Of a DNA stretch of 64,000 nucleotides, positions 19,970 through 29,292 are shown in pieces. Source of the stretch: a bacterium. Its GTDB lineage: Bacteria; Bacillota_I; Bacilli_A; RF39; UBA660. The stretch's first letter is position 1; each line of letters opens with the position of its first letter. The notes under the pieces are model-generated. The model saw only the letters and a list, made by a program, of their open reading frames with translations. It ran no database searches and was not told the origin of the DNA. A program made the translations under genes and the position numbers. The DNA lies in NCBI GenBank assembly GCA_029218465.1, contig JAQXRJ010000098.1:255-64254 (forward strand). The letters run 5' to 3'.

Positions 19970-20575
19970 TCACATTTTTTTATTTTCACTATTAAAAATT
20001 AATCCTTTATTCAAATTATAATACTGTATCATTGAAACAATTGACATAATAGTTGCAAAATATAATAAGAACTCTGCTACTCTCAAATTAAATAATTCAA
20101 ATGGAAAATTATTAAAGAATATTAAAGTTGTTCCTATCATTAAAGCTGCAGTTTTTATTTTTCCAGATGATATCGCTGCAACTACTCTTCCACGTGATGA
20201 AGCTTCCATTTTTATAGCATTTACAACTATATCTCTTAATACAATTACAACCGGAATGATAGGACTTATCATTCTTAAAGATGCCAAAATTATTAACACT
20301 GAATTTACTAAAACTTTATCAGCTATTGCATCCAACATCTTTCCAGTATTTGTAATTAAACCATATTTTCTTGCAATATAACCATCTAAAAAATCTGTTA
20401 AACTTGCTATTATAAATAATATTCCAGCTATCATATATTTAACACTAATTAAAACATTACTTATATAAAAACTACCAAAATTTATATTAATGCTATCAAA
20501 AGGAAATAACATTAAAAAAATAATAATTAAGCTTAATACTATTCTCATTAAAGTTAATCTATTGGGTACGTTCAT
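19970..20575 (-). CDS. pgsA: CDP-diacylglycerol--glycerol-3-phosphate 3-phosphatidyltransferase
   Basis: CDP-alcohol phosphotransferase motif DFLDGYIARK...GKMLDAIADK. N-terminus reads NRLTLMRI. Confidence 0.9.
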   Translation of the reverse strand: MNVPNRLTLMRIVLSLIIIFLMLFPFDSININFGSFYISNVLISVKYMIAGILFIIASLTDFLDGYIARKYGLITNTGKMLDAIADKVLVNSVLIILASLRMISPIIPVVIVLRDIVVNAIKMEASSRGRVVAAISSGKIKTAALMIGTTLIFFNNFPFELFNLRVAEFLLYFATIMSIVSMIQYYNLNKGLIFNSENKKM

Positions 20576-21068
20576 ATATTACACCTCTTTTTATTCCTAA
20601 AAGTTCATTATTTACTATTTTCTCATCAGGAATTATTATTGCTTTCAATATAAATACCAATATGCTTAAAAAACAAATGAATAAAAGCAGACAGCCAAAA
20701 ATAGTATAATATTTTGGACTAATATATTTTTTCCTTATATGAGTATATGGAGATACTACAACCTTTTCCTCCTTTTTTTTCTTATCTATTTCTTCAGCTT
20801 GCAATATATCATTTAAACTTATTTTAGAAGTATGTTCAAACAAAAAATCATTAAATTCATCTATTACCTTTTCAGGATCAAGTCCTAAATATTTTGAATA
20901 GTCCTTAACAATTTCTTTTAATTCAAGCACATCTTTGAATGCTCTTGTATTACCCATTTCTATATTATTAATCACATTTTCTGATATACCAAGGTCAGAT
21001 GATGCTTCTTCTACTCCAACACTATTACTCTCTCTTATTTCTTTCAAATATTGTCCAAGTTCTTTCAA
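20559..21068 (-). CDS. rodZ: RodZ-like HTH (XRE) membrane protein
   Basis: N-terminal HTH plus one TM helix. It sits upstream of pgsA, as ymfM/rodZ does in Bacillus. Confidence 0.65.
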   Translation of the reverse strand: MKELGQYLKEIRESNSVGVEEASSDLGISENVINNIEMGNTRAFKDVLELKEIVKDYSKYLGLDPEKVIDEFNDFLFEHTSKISLNDILQAEEIDKKKKEEKVVVSPYTHIRKKYISPKYYTIFGCLLLFICFLSILVFILKAIIIPDEKIVNNELLGIKRGVIYERTQ

Positions 21069-21091
21069 ATTAACACCTCATTATAGAAAAA

Positions 21092-21444
21092 AATAATATT
21101 TTATAAGCCATGTTCTGTTCCTATTACTAGGTGACAAACATTTATCTACCATTACTGGTCCCTGAATTAGTTCTGTTCCCTCATCAAAGCTCCCCTACCA
21201 AATTTGGGTTTCTCACTCGCGGTGTTTACCTCGTTCCATTTCCTTTGTTTCCAAATTATTCGTCACTATGGCACTTTATGACTACTAAAATCATATCAAA
21301 ATGACTTAGATTTTTTCGTCGACGTTAGATTACTCTACCTAAGGTTATTTTTTCCCTTAGCACGAACACTAAAAGCATCACAGCTTTTGTGAGCATGGAC
21401 TTTCCTCTATATTATAAAAATACAGCGTTTGTCAAAATATTATT
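21092..21444 (-). ncRNA. rnpB: RNase P RNA (Firmicutes-type)
   Basis: On the minus strand: GAGGAAAGTCC (21397-21407), ACAGAACATGGCTTAT (21103-21118), and an 11-bp P1 pairing between 21434-21444 and 21092-21102. There is no ORF, and the sequence looks less AT-rich by eye than its flanks. Confidence 0.88.
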
Positions 21445-21793
21445 CTCCTTTTCCATATACAATTTTTTCTAATTGTGCTAAACGTTTCATTACATCTAAA
21501 TTAGTTCCATTAGCACTTCCAACGGTATTGTCTTCACTACCACTTTTTGCAATTTCAATACTCATTTTTAGATTTCTAATTTCTTGCTTAAGCGACATAA
21601 CTTCTTCAAGCAATTCATCTTTTTCCTTATCCTTCTCTTTTATTATCTTTATAAATTCCTCATAATCACCAATTATTTGATCTAAATATTGATCTACTTC
21701 TTTTAATCGATACCCTCTAGTATCAATTTTGAATTCTTTTTCTAATATATCTTGTGGAGTTAATGCAATTCTATTCTGAAACATATTAATCAC
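21440..21793 (-). CDS. gpsB: cell-cycle protein GpsB (DivIVA domain)
   Basis: LTPQDILEKEFKIDTRGYRLKEVDQYLD at the N-terminus and NLDVMKRLAQLEKIVYG at the C-terminus. Confidence 0.85.
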   Translation of the reverse strand: MINMFQNRIALTPQDILEKEFKIDTRGYRLKEVDQYLDQIIGDYEEFIKIIKEKDKEKDELLEEVMSLKQEIRNLKMSIEIAKSGSEDNTVGSANGTNLDVMKRLAQLEKIVYGKGE

Positions 21794-21836
21794 CCAATCC
21801 CTTACGATAATATTATTACAAATAAAAGATAAAATG

Positions 21837-23639
21837 TCAATTGTAACTCTTTATTTTAACTTTATTCTCATTAATTGTTTTTTGCTGTTTTGCTATAATT
21901 TCAACGTCATATAACTCTGATATACATATTTCTTCTGATGACATATAAAAATTACTGTTATCAGTTTTAAATAATGTCTTAAAAAAGCTTGATATACTAT
22001 CGTTTACTTTATGCATTTCTAAAAGTTCATCATTACAATTAACTTTATATATACTATATTCATCATCTAAGTCAACAACAATTCTGTTATTAAAAATCCT
22101 ATAATTATCAATTTCTACAAACTCATTATACGTATTTGATATTATACAATTGTTTCTATTATAATAATCATATATAACATAGCATATGTCAGTACTTTCA
22201 TATAAGAATAACAAGTCTTCATAATTTCTTTTATTTAATTCATTTATAATTTCCCTGTTTATCAATTTTTTTATATCATCACAATTATAATTTGAGTATG
22301 ATACGATTGATTCGAATTCTCTAAGTTCGGATACATATTCATATTTATCTAAATTTTTATTATCTAAAACATCAATAATCAAATTAACATAGTCACTTAC
22401 TGTTGTACCATTAATTCCATTTAATATATTTATAAATTTATTATATTTTTCATCCTCCATGCTTTTATATTTATATAATAAATTATCTATACACTTTTTT
22501 GTATTACTTTTGTATTTTATTTTTTCTTCTTCATCCATTAAAAAAATAAGATAGTTATTATTTAAATCTTCCGATTCAATTGTACAGTACATTTCATATT
22601 CTGAAATATTATTAAAATTAATTTCATTATATTTTGAGACTGGAATACAGTATTTTTTATTATCTATTTCTATAGTTACCTTATCGTCCAAAAAATTGCA
22701 ATTAACTATATTTAAGTTATTAAAATTCTTTTTGTAAACTGATTTATATAATTTATTATACAATTCATCTTTTTCCTTAAAAAAATTATCATTTAATTTA
22801 ATTCCATTTTTATAGGAATTGGTTTCTTCATCAATCATATATATATATTTTAATATATCTGTAATTTTTATATTATTGCAACAATCTTTAATTGATTTTA
22901 CTAAATAATAAATTGAATCTACCAAAAAAGATTTCATAATGTTTTCTTTTCCAATTAATATTGATAATTTAAATGTATCAATAATCGCATTATCATACGT
23001 GTTGTAACCATTAATCCCATATTTTCTTTTAATTGATTCTGATATTCCTTCATTAAAACCTTTTCCAAAAGTTATACAGCCTAATGTACCTATTGTTAAA
23101 CCATGATTACTAACAGCATGAATTAATTCATGATTAAATACCGATGCATCACTTAATAGGCAATCTTGATTTGATACCTTTATTTCATTTGACAATGTAT
23201 AGCATCCAGAAATGTTTTCATTAAATATTTGATTACGTATAATATCCAAGTTTGAAATTATATAAATAAGATTCTCAAAGTCTTCATCATTATCATAAAG
23301 ATATCCCCAATCATTTAACAATTTATTACATGATATTTTTGTAATTCTTGATTCTAAATCAGAAAAATTATAATTGCTATCAACTGCCTTATTAAATTCA
23401 TCTATTAACTTATTTGAATTATTTACGAATTCATTATCAATATCAAAAACTAACTTCGTGCTTTCAATTTTTAATCTATCTTCAAATATATTAACTATAT
23501 TTATACTAACTGTACCTAAGAAAAATGAAACTAAAACAAGAATTGAAACAAGTCCTTTTTTCTTATTATGATTTTTTTCTATTTTTATTTTTTTATTATT
23601 ATATTTTGAATTTTTATTTAGTTTAAAAAAATTCTCCAT
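21837..23639 (-). CDS. hypothetical membrane-anchored protein with gluzincin-like HExxH...NEGxxE motif
   Basis: 600 aa with one N-terminal TM helix. The motif reads NHELIHAVSNHGLTIGTLGCITFGKGFNEGISE. Confidence 0.5.
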   Translation of the reverse strand: MENFFKLNKNSKYNNKKIKIEKNHNKKKGLVSILVLVSFFLGTVSINIVNIFEDRLKIESTKLVFDIDNEFVNNSNKLIDEFNKAVDSNYNFSDLESRITKISCNKLLNDWGYLYDNDEDFENLIYIISNLDIIRNQIFNENISGCYTLSNEIKVSNQDCLLSDASVFNHELIHAVSNHGLTIGTLGCITFGKGFNEGISESIKRKYGINGYNTYDNAIIDTFKLSILIGKENIMKSFLVDSIYYLVKSIKDCCNNIKITDILKYIYMIDEETNSYKNGIKLNDNFFKEKDELYNKLYKSVYKKNFNNLNIVNCNFLDDKVTIEIDNKKYCIPVSKYNEINFNNISEYEMYCTIESEDLNNNYLIFLMDEEEKIKYKSNTKKCIDNLLYKYKSMEDEKYNKFINILNGINGTTVSDYVNLIIDVLDNKNLDKYEYVSELREFESIVSYSNYNCDDIKKLINREIINELNKRNYEDLLFLYESTDICYVIYDYYNRNNCIISNTYNEFVEIDNYRIFNNRIVVDLDDEYSIYKVNCNDELLEMHKVNDSISSFFKTLFKTDNSNFYMSSEEICISELYDVEIIAKQQKTINENKVKIKSYN

Positions 23640-23690
23640 CTTATCACGTCCATTAGATATGATAAAACAAAGAATTTATAAAATCAAATA

Positions 23691-24791
23691 TTATTCATAA
23701 AAATCATCAAAAAATTTGTCAGACTCATTATTATCAATTATTAGATTTTCCGTTTTTGATTGTTCAAAACTGTTAGCTGTTTTATAATTATAATTTGATG
23801 AAAAATGTTTATCTTCTTGGATTTTTGGAATAGCATTAATTTCCTCATGTAATGGTTTCAAATTGGAATTAAAAGTTATATTTGAACTTAAATCTATGTT
23901 ATTAGGTTTATCAAATATAACAGGCTGTTGTTTTTCTAAATACTCTTGATTGTTATAATTTTTATTGAATAAATAAGTATTTTCACTATTAGATTGATTA
24001 GGATTAATATTTAAAGACTCATTTGAAGAATTATGTATATCTTTAATATTTGATTCCAAAATAGATTCATAATTTTCAGTATTTTTTTCATTAATGTGTT
24101 GTATTATCGTTTCATTTGTCAAATTATTATTATTGATATTCGAAGTAGATTTATTAATAACATTATTATCAATTTGATTTTTACTAATTTTATCTTGTTT
24201 ACTTTTAGATAGCTCTATTTTATTTAATAAATTAACAATAAATATAACAAATTTTATACCAATCCTTATCCAAAATAAATAGCTACATACTTGTATAACA
24301 CTTATTAATTTAGTATTACTATATAATTGCGTTTTTTCGAAAATATTTATATTATTTTGAGTAATTATTGTAATAGCAATATAAAATAAAAATTGTATAA
24401 CACAGAAATATAAAATATTAAATATATTATACCATTCTGTTTTCTCTTTTTTTGTATTTTTTATGAAATTTATCAAAACTACTATATCTGTATATAATAG
24501 TATTATGATATACATATACCAAGATGGAAAATATAAAACCTCTATATAATTTTCAATTATTGAATCAAACATTTCTATAAAAAAGGAAAATTTAGAAATA
24601 GGAAGTAGTATTAAAGAAACAATATAAATAATTATAGCTGTAATTTTTCCTTTTTTTGACTTTCTAAAATAGAAAAAAATCATAATTATTAACAAAGAAA
24701 ATGTTAAAATTAAGATTTCTATCAAAAAAGGAATTGAAGAAATCACACTTAATACTTTTATAATGCTTTCATAAAAAGTTACCTTCTCCAT
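23691..24791 (-). CDS. hypothetical polytopic membrane protein with Asn-rich C-terminal tail
   Basis: 366 aa with about 6 predicted TM helices, then a low-complexity N/S-rich region. Confidence 0.5.
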   Translation of the reverse strand: MEKVTFYESIIKVLSVISSIPFLIEILILTFSLLIIMIFFYFRKSKKGKITAIIIYIVSLILLPISKFSFFIEMFDSIIENYIEVLYFPSWYMYIIILLYTDIVVLINFIKNTKKEKTEWYNIFNILYFCVIQFLFYIAITIITQNNINIFEKTQLYSNTKLISVIQVCSYLFWIRIGIKFVIFIVNLLNKIELSKSKQDKISKNQIDNNVINKSTSNINNNNLTNETIIQHINEKNTENYESILESNIKDIHNSSNESLNINPNQSNSENTYLFNKNYNNQEYLEKQQPVIFDKPNNIDLSSNITFNSNLKPLHEEINAIPKIQEDKHFSSNYNYKTANSFEQSKTENLIIDNNESDKFFDDFYE

Positions 24792-24803
24792 TTTATTCTC
24801 CTT

Positions 24804-25409
24804 TTATATTAATTCTGCTATATAAACTGTTTGTGATTTTTTATTATCTTTTGTGCAAGTTATTAATGTAAGAGTACTTTTATTTACATCTCTACGTATT
24901 CCAACATACCCCTGCTTTGTTTGATAATATATATTAACTATTTTATATGTATATTTTTTATTTTTATATGTTACTACTGCAGTATCACCAATTTTTAATT
25001 TATAAAGATTCCTAAAATAAGAAATATTTGCAGTACCTGAATGCGCTGCAAGTATAAAATTACCTTTTTCAACATCAGGAAATTGAGAACCCTGTATTAT
25101 TGTAACATTATAACTAATATTATTATATTTTGATGAAGGATCGACAAATCCCTTCTTTAAATTAATTTTGCTTATTTCCAATGTACCAATATAATTTGTT
25201 TTTGGATCAACTGGATCAGCAACAGAAGATGATCCCTGATTAGCTGGCTTATCATTATCAGATTTATCTTCATTATTATCAGGAGATGTAGGCTCATCTA
25301 CATCCCCATCAATAATATCAATATTTTCTAGTGAAATATCATCATATATTTTAAAACCAATTTTTTCATATACTTTATCCTTTTTTGAAGATAAATATGA
25401 ACTTGACAT
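24804..25409 (-). CDS. sortase-family transpeptidase (true start probably upstream, near 25472)
   Basis: ILAAHSG (His) and TLTLITCT (Cys) motifs. The TM anchor KKKILLYIAVIIVLIGIYV is encoded in frame upstream of the first ATG. Confidence 0.75.
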   Translation of the reverse strand: MSSSYLSSKKDKVYEKIGFKIYDDISLENIDIIDGDVDEPTSPDNNEDKSDNDKPANQGSSSVADPVDPKTNYIGTLEISKINLKKGFVDPSSKYNNISYNVTIIQGSQFPDVEKGNFILAAHSGTANISYFRNLYKLKIGDTAVVTYKNKKYTYKIVNIYYQTKQGYVGIRRDVNKSTLTLITCTKDNKKSQTVYIAELI

Positions 25410-25467
25410 AACATATATTCCTATAAGAACTATTATTACAGCTATATATAATAGTATCTTCTTCTTA

Positions 25468-28434
25468 TTAATTTTGTTCCATTCCTTTTCTAATAAATAT
25501 TATTGCACCTGTTCCACCTAACACAAGGATAGCCCCTATAATTATATTAATTATTGTACTATCAGATGCTGTATCAGGCACATACACAATTGGAGTATTT
25601 GGCACATCAATTGTTCTTGTTTGTTCATCATCAGCTAATGTAAATGTTATGTCTTTTGATTTTTCATATCCATTTGGCGCTTCTATTTCTCTAATTGTAT
25701 ATTTTTTACCAGTCTGAAGTCCTTCAAATTTATAGCCATCCTTTGTACTAGTCCAATCCATTTGATTTCCATCGCTATCTATAAGTTGAAGCTTAGCACC
25801 TGATAAAGTTTCATTAGTGTTGGCATCTATCTTTCTTATTATAACTTCAGTAAGTTTATTTTTCATTACAACAGGTTTCGTTGTTGGTACCCAAAACTCA
25901 ACTTGTTCTTTAGATACAGCATATTTGTTTGGAGCAATAGTTTCAATTAATGTATACATTTTTCCGTAATCAAGAACACCCGTAACAATGTGTGATTTTC
26001 CTTCTTCACTTTCCCATTCATCAACTATATTTCCATTAGTATCTATAATCTGTAAATGAGCTCCAGCAATTTCTTTTCCTGTTGTAGCATCTTGCTTACT
26101 AAATGTAACTGTCGTTGGTGTATTTTCTATCTCAAAAGTTTGAACTTTTTCATATTTATTTATTGTTATTGTTTTGTCAGCTGCTAAATTAAATCCAGGT
26201 GGTGGAGTGATTTCTACTATTTTATATTTTTGTCCAGCAATCAATTTAGATGTATCCTTTATTTCATATTCAGTTGTTGTCCATTGCTCTATTCTTTCAT
26301 CAGCATTTTCTCTACAATCAACATTAACTGGGCATAATGCTAACAATAATGTTCCATCTTTTATTGTATATTTACTGTTTGAACTAACTTTTTTTATTTT
26401 AATAGATATTTTATCATCTTTTACGGATATCGTAACACCATTCTTTGCAACAAAATTTTGCTTATTTTCTCCATTTTTATTTATGTATAAATATCCAGAA
26501 GGTGCAGTTACCTCTTCTATGGTATAAGTAGCTCCCTCTATTAAACCTTCAACCTCATAACTACATGTATTCCATGTGTCACCAACTTGCTTTCCATCTT
26601 TTAATAATTTTAATGTAGCTCCTTCAACACAATTTCCATCTTTATCAACTTTTTTAATAATTACTTTTGTAGGTTGATTTACAAACTTAATTTCATTACC
26701 TGTTGTCCATTTTGTCTCACTTACTTTTTTATATTCAACTATAGAAGCTGTTTTTGTTCCTGAAATTCGTATGTCATAACATTCATCACTTTTTATATAA
26801 CCTGCAGGAGCTTTTGTTTCGCACAATTTATATGTACCAACTTCCAATGCAGATGTTCCACTAAATTCTTTTTCTGCAGTTGTCCATTCTTTTCCAACTA
26901 TATTACCATTTGAATCAGTTAATTTTAATGTAGCTCCGCTAATTTGTTTATTTTTATTATTAACTTTTATAATTCTTAAACCAGCAGTTTTTAAACGATT
27001 ATAAAATTTTGTTGTATAATTATTATTTTTTGTTAAATCTGCAATATCAGGATCTTGTGATGTATATTTTGTAGGAATATTAATTTCAGTTATTGTATAT
27101 TTTTTAAGTGGTAAATTCTTAATAGTAACTGTACCAGATGAACCATCTCCACTAACTTTGGTAGTTATTTTCACATCTTTATATTCATTAGAATCAGTTT
27201 TACCATCGTTATTTATATCACCTGTAATTCTAAAAGTAAATGTTCCAGTTTCTGCATCTGCAGTCGTTTTTTGTATAGTTATACTTCCCAACTTTTCAGT
27301 CGTAACATTTATATATCTTTTGATTGTCTTGGAATTAACAAGTCCGACTACTAATCTTTGAGGCCCAGCTCCACCATTATCTATAAATGACAATCCAGTT
27401 TGAGTTGTTGATACCTCAGATTTTTTTGTTTTTGTTAATGTGATTAATACATTTTTTGTTATTGCCTTTGAAGCAGTAACCCTTATACCTTTTTTATCAG
27501 AAGTAATTGAACATTTTACACCTAAATCATTTTTGCATGATACATCTATGCCTGATAAAGACATTCCAGCATCTATAATAAGTTCATAACTTCCAGAATC
27601 TTTTCCATAGCTATTAAATGGTATTGTTTTAGCTTTTACTGTTGTGCTTTTTGAGGCAACACTAGGCATTTTTTTAAAATCTGTAATATCTGTTAATATC
27701 TTATCATGAACAGCTTTTAATGCATTAGCTATTTTAGTACCACTTCCTATTGTTTGATTGTATATAAGCTTAGCTGTAGCATTTGTTGTAAGTTTTTGAG
27801 TTGATGCATCAGTATATTGTGGAATTCCGACATTGTAATTATCTCTCCATCCTTGTTGAAATTCCCAAATTAATGTTTGAGTTGCCAAATACTGAATATC
27901 CTTTATTAATTGTGAATTATTCTTGTCAGATGATGATAACTTTTCTTTAACTAAAGATGATCTATCAACACCAGGATATCCAAAAATATTTATATATTTA
28001 ATTGCATCTTTTGCTGCATCATTTAATCCGTCAAAATATGATGATTTATCTTTTGAATCGTAATCAATTGAAGTATTTGCTCTAACCCCAAGCTCAATGC
28101 AATACACATAATTTGATTTAGATTCAGAATCTTTGTATAAAATATATCCTTTATCATCACCTTTTACGCTTTGAACCTTATTTTTAATATTTAATTTCAA
28201 TGTTTTCCCAGTAAAATCATACAATTTATACAAGCTGCCAGTAGCCTTTCTTGCCTTTAAATCATATTTTTTTGCAGTTGTAGCATTCTTATCAGTGCCT
28301 AAAATATCTTTATTTTTAAAAGTAACATTTATTAATAAGCATGAGACAATTGTTATTAATAAAATTGCTACACCTAAGAATAACCATTTTTGATTATTTA
28401 TAGGATTTTCTTTATTCTTTTTTTTACCTTTCAC
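25468..28434 (-). CDS. cell-wall-anchored adhesin: N-terminal thioester domain, repeated Cna-B/SpaA-like domains, C-terminal sorting signal
   Basis: Signal anchor, then thioester motifs YCIE and ATQTLIW. Repeats of the type GATLKL.D.NGN...W.T. C-terminus has VPDTAS, a hydrophobic helix, then RKG. Confidence 0.8.
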   Translation of the reverse strand: MKGKKKNKENPINNQKWLFLGVAILLITIVSCLLINVTFKNKDILGTDKNATTAKKYDLKARKATGSLYKLYDFTGKTLKLNIKNKVQSVKGDDKGYILYKDSESKSNYVYCIELGVRANTSIDYDSKDKSSYFDGLNDAAKDAIKYINIFGYPGVDRSSLVKEKLSSSDKNNSQLIKDIQYLATQTLIWEFQQGWRDNYNVGIPQYTDASTQKLTTNATAKLIYNQTIGSGTKIANALKAVHDKILTDITDFKKMPSVASKSTTVKAKTIPFNSYGKDSGSYELIIDAGMSLSGIDVSCKNDLGVKCSITSDKKGIRVTASKAITKNVLITLTKTKKSEVSTTQTGLSFIDNGGAGPQRLVVGLVNSKTIKRYINVTTEKLGSITIQKTTADAETGTFTFRITGDINNDGKTDSNEYKDVKITTKVSGDGSSGTVTIKNLPLKKYTITEINIPTKYTSQDPDIADLTKNNNYTTKFYNRLKTAGLRIIKVNNKNKQISGATLKLTDSNGNIVGKEWTTAEKEFSGTSALEVGTYKLCETKAPAGYIKSDECYDIRISGTKTASIVEYKKVSETKWTTGNEIKFVNQPTKVIIKKVDKDGNCVEGATLKLLKDGKQVGDTWNTCSYEVEGLIEGATYTIEEVTAPSGYLYINKNGENKQNFVAKNGVTISVKDDKISIKIKKVSSNSKYTIKDGTLLLALCPVNVDCRENADERIEQWTTTEYEIKDTSKLIAGQKYKIVEITPPPGFNLAADKTITINKYEKVQTFEIENTPTTVTFSKQDATTGKEIAGAHLQIIDTNGNIVDEWESEEGKSHIVTGVLDYGKMYTLIETIAPNKYAVSKEQVEFWVPTTKPVVMKNKLTEVIIRKIDANTNETLSGAKLQLIDSDGNQMDWTSTKDGYKFEGLQTGKKYTIREIEAPNGYEKSKDITFTLADDEQTRTIDVPNTPIVYVPDTASDSTIINIIIGAILVLGGTGAIIFIRKGMEQN

Positions 28435-28722
28435 TTTATCACCTCTATTGTATTAAGTATACAATATGGTAATTTTTTTTTCAATGGATTTTGAAATTTA
28501 TTTTTTATTTATAGTTAATTTTTTTATTCCATAATCTATCCTTGAAATTTTTACATTATCTATCATTTTAGACATTATTTCTAACACATTTTCTATTTTC
28601 ACATTCATTCACCAAGGAAATAATATCATACTTTAGTTAAAAATTTTTAAATTCGACAAAACTAGACTTTTTTCTATAGTAAAAAATTAATATTTGTAGT
28701 ATAATTTACGTTAGGTGATATT

Positions 28723-29292
28723 ATGAAATATCCTACAGGAATAAAGATTAATATTCAAAATAAAAATACTGAATACGGAAATAGAGGAATGAATCTTGAA
28801 GATGATATTAATCTGTCTAATCAATACTATATAGATAATAAAATTGCATATATATATAAAAAACCAACACCCATAAAAATTATAAAAGTTGATTATCCTT
28901 CTAGGAGTAAAGCGGTAATTAAGGAAGCTTATTTCAAAGAACCTTCTACTACTGATTATAATGGTTTATACAAAGGACACTATATTGATTTTGAAGCGAA
29001 AGAAACAAATAATACATCTTTTCCACTAGCAAATATTCATAAACATCAAGTTGAACACATAAAAAATATATATGAAAATGGAGGTATATGCTTCCTTGTA
29101 GTTCAATTTAACAAGTATAATAAAATTTTTTTACTAGACTCTAAAGACTTTCTATTTTTTATAAGCCATAATTCTAGAAAATCCATTCCATATGACTTTT
29201 TTATTGAACATGGCCATATAATAGAGAGAAAATATTTGCCTAGACTAGATTATATAAAAATAATTGATAAATTATTGGAGGTACAAAAATGA
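28723..29292 (+). CDS. recU: Holliday junction resolvase RecU
   Basis: NRGMNLEDDIN...KPTPIKIIKVDYP...STTDYNGLYKGHYIDFEAKET closely parallels Bacillus RecU. Overlaps ponA. Confidence 0.93.
   Translation: MKYPTGIKINIQNKNTEYGNRGMNLEDDINLSNQYYIDNKIAYIYKKPTPIKIIKVDYPSRSKAVIKEAYFKEPSTTDYNGLYKGHYIDFEAKETNNTSFPLANIHKHQVEHIKNIYENGGICFLVVQFNKYNKIFLLDSKDFLFFISHNSRKSIPYDFFIEHGHIIERKYLPRLDYIKIIDKLLEVQK

Noticed and set aside
28538-28648. 36-aa minus-strand ORF (MNVKIENVLEIMSKMIDNVKISRIDYGIKKLTINKK) in the adhesin-recU intergenic region.
   Set aside because: It has only a weak GGTGA directly abutting the ATG and no recognisable motif. It is probably chance in AT-rich DNA.
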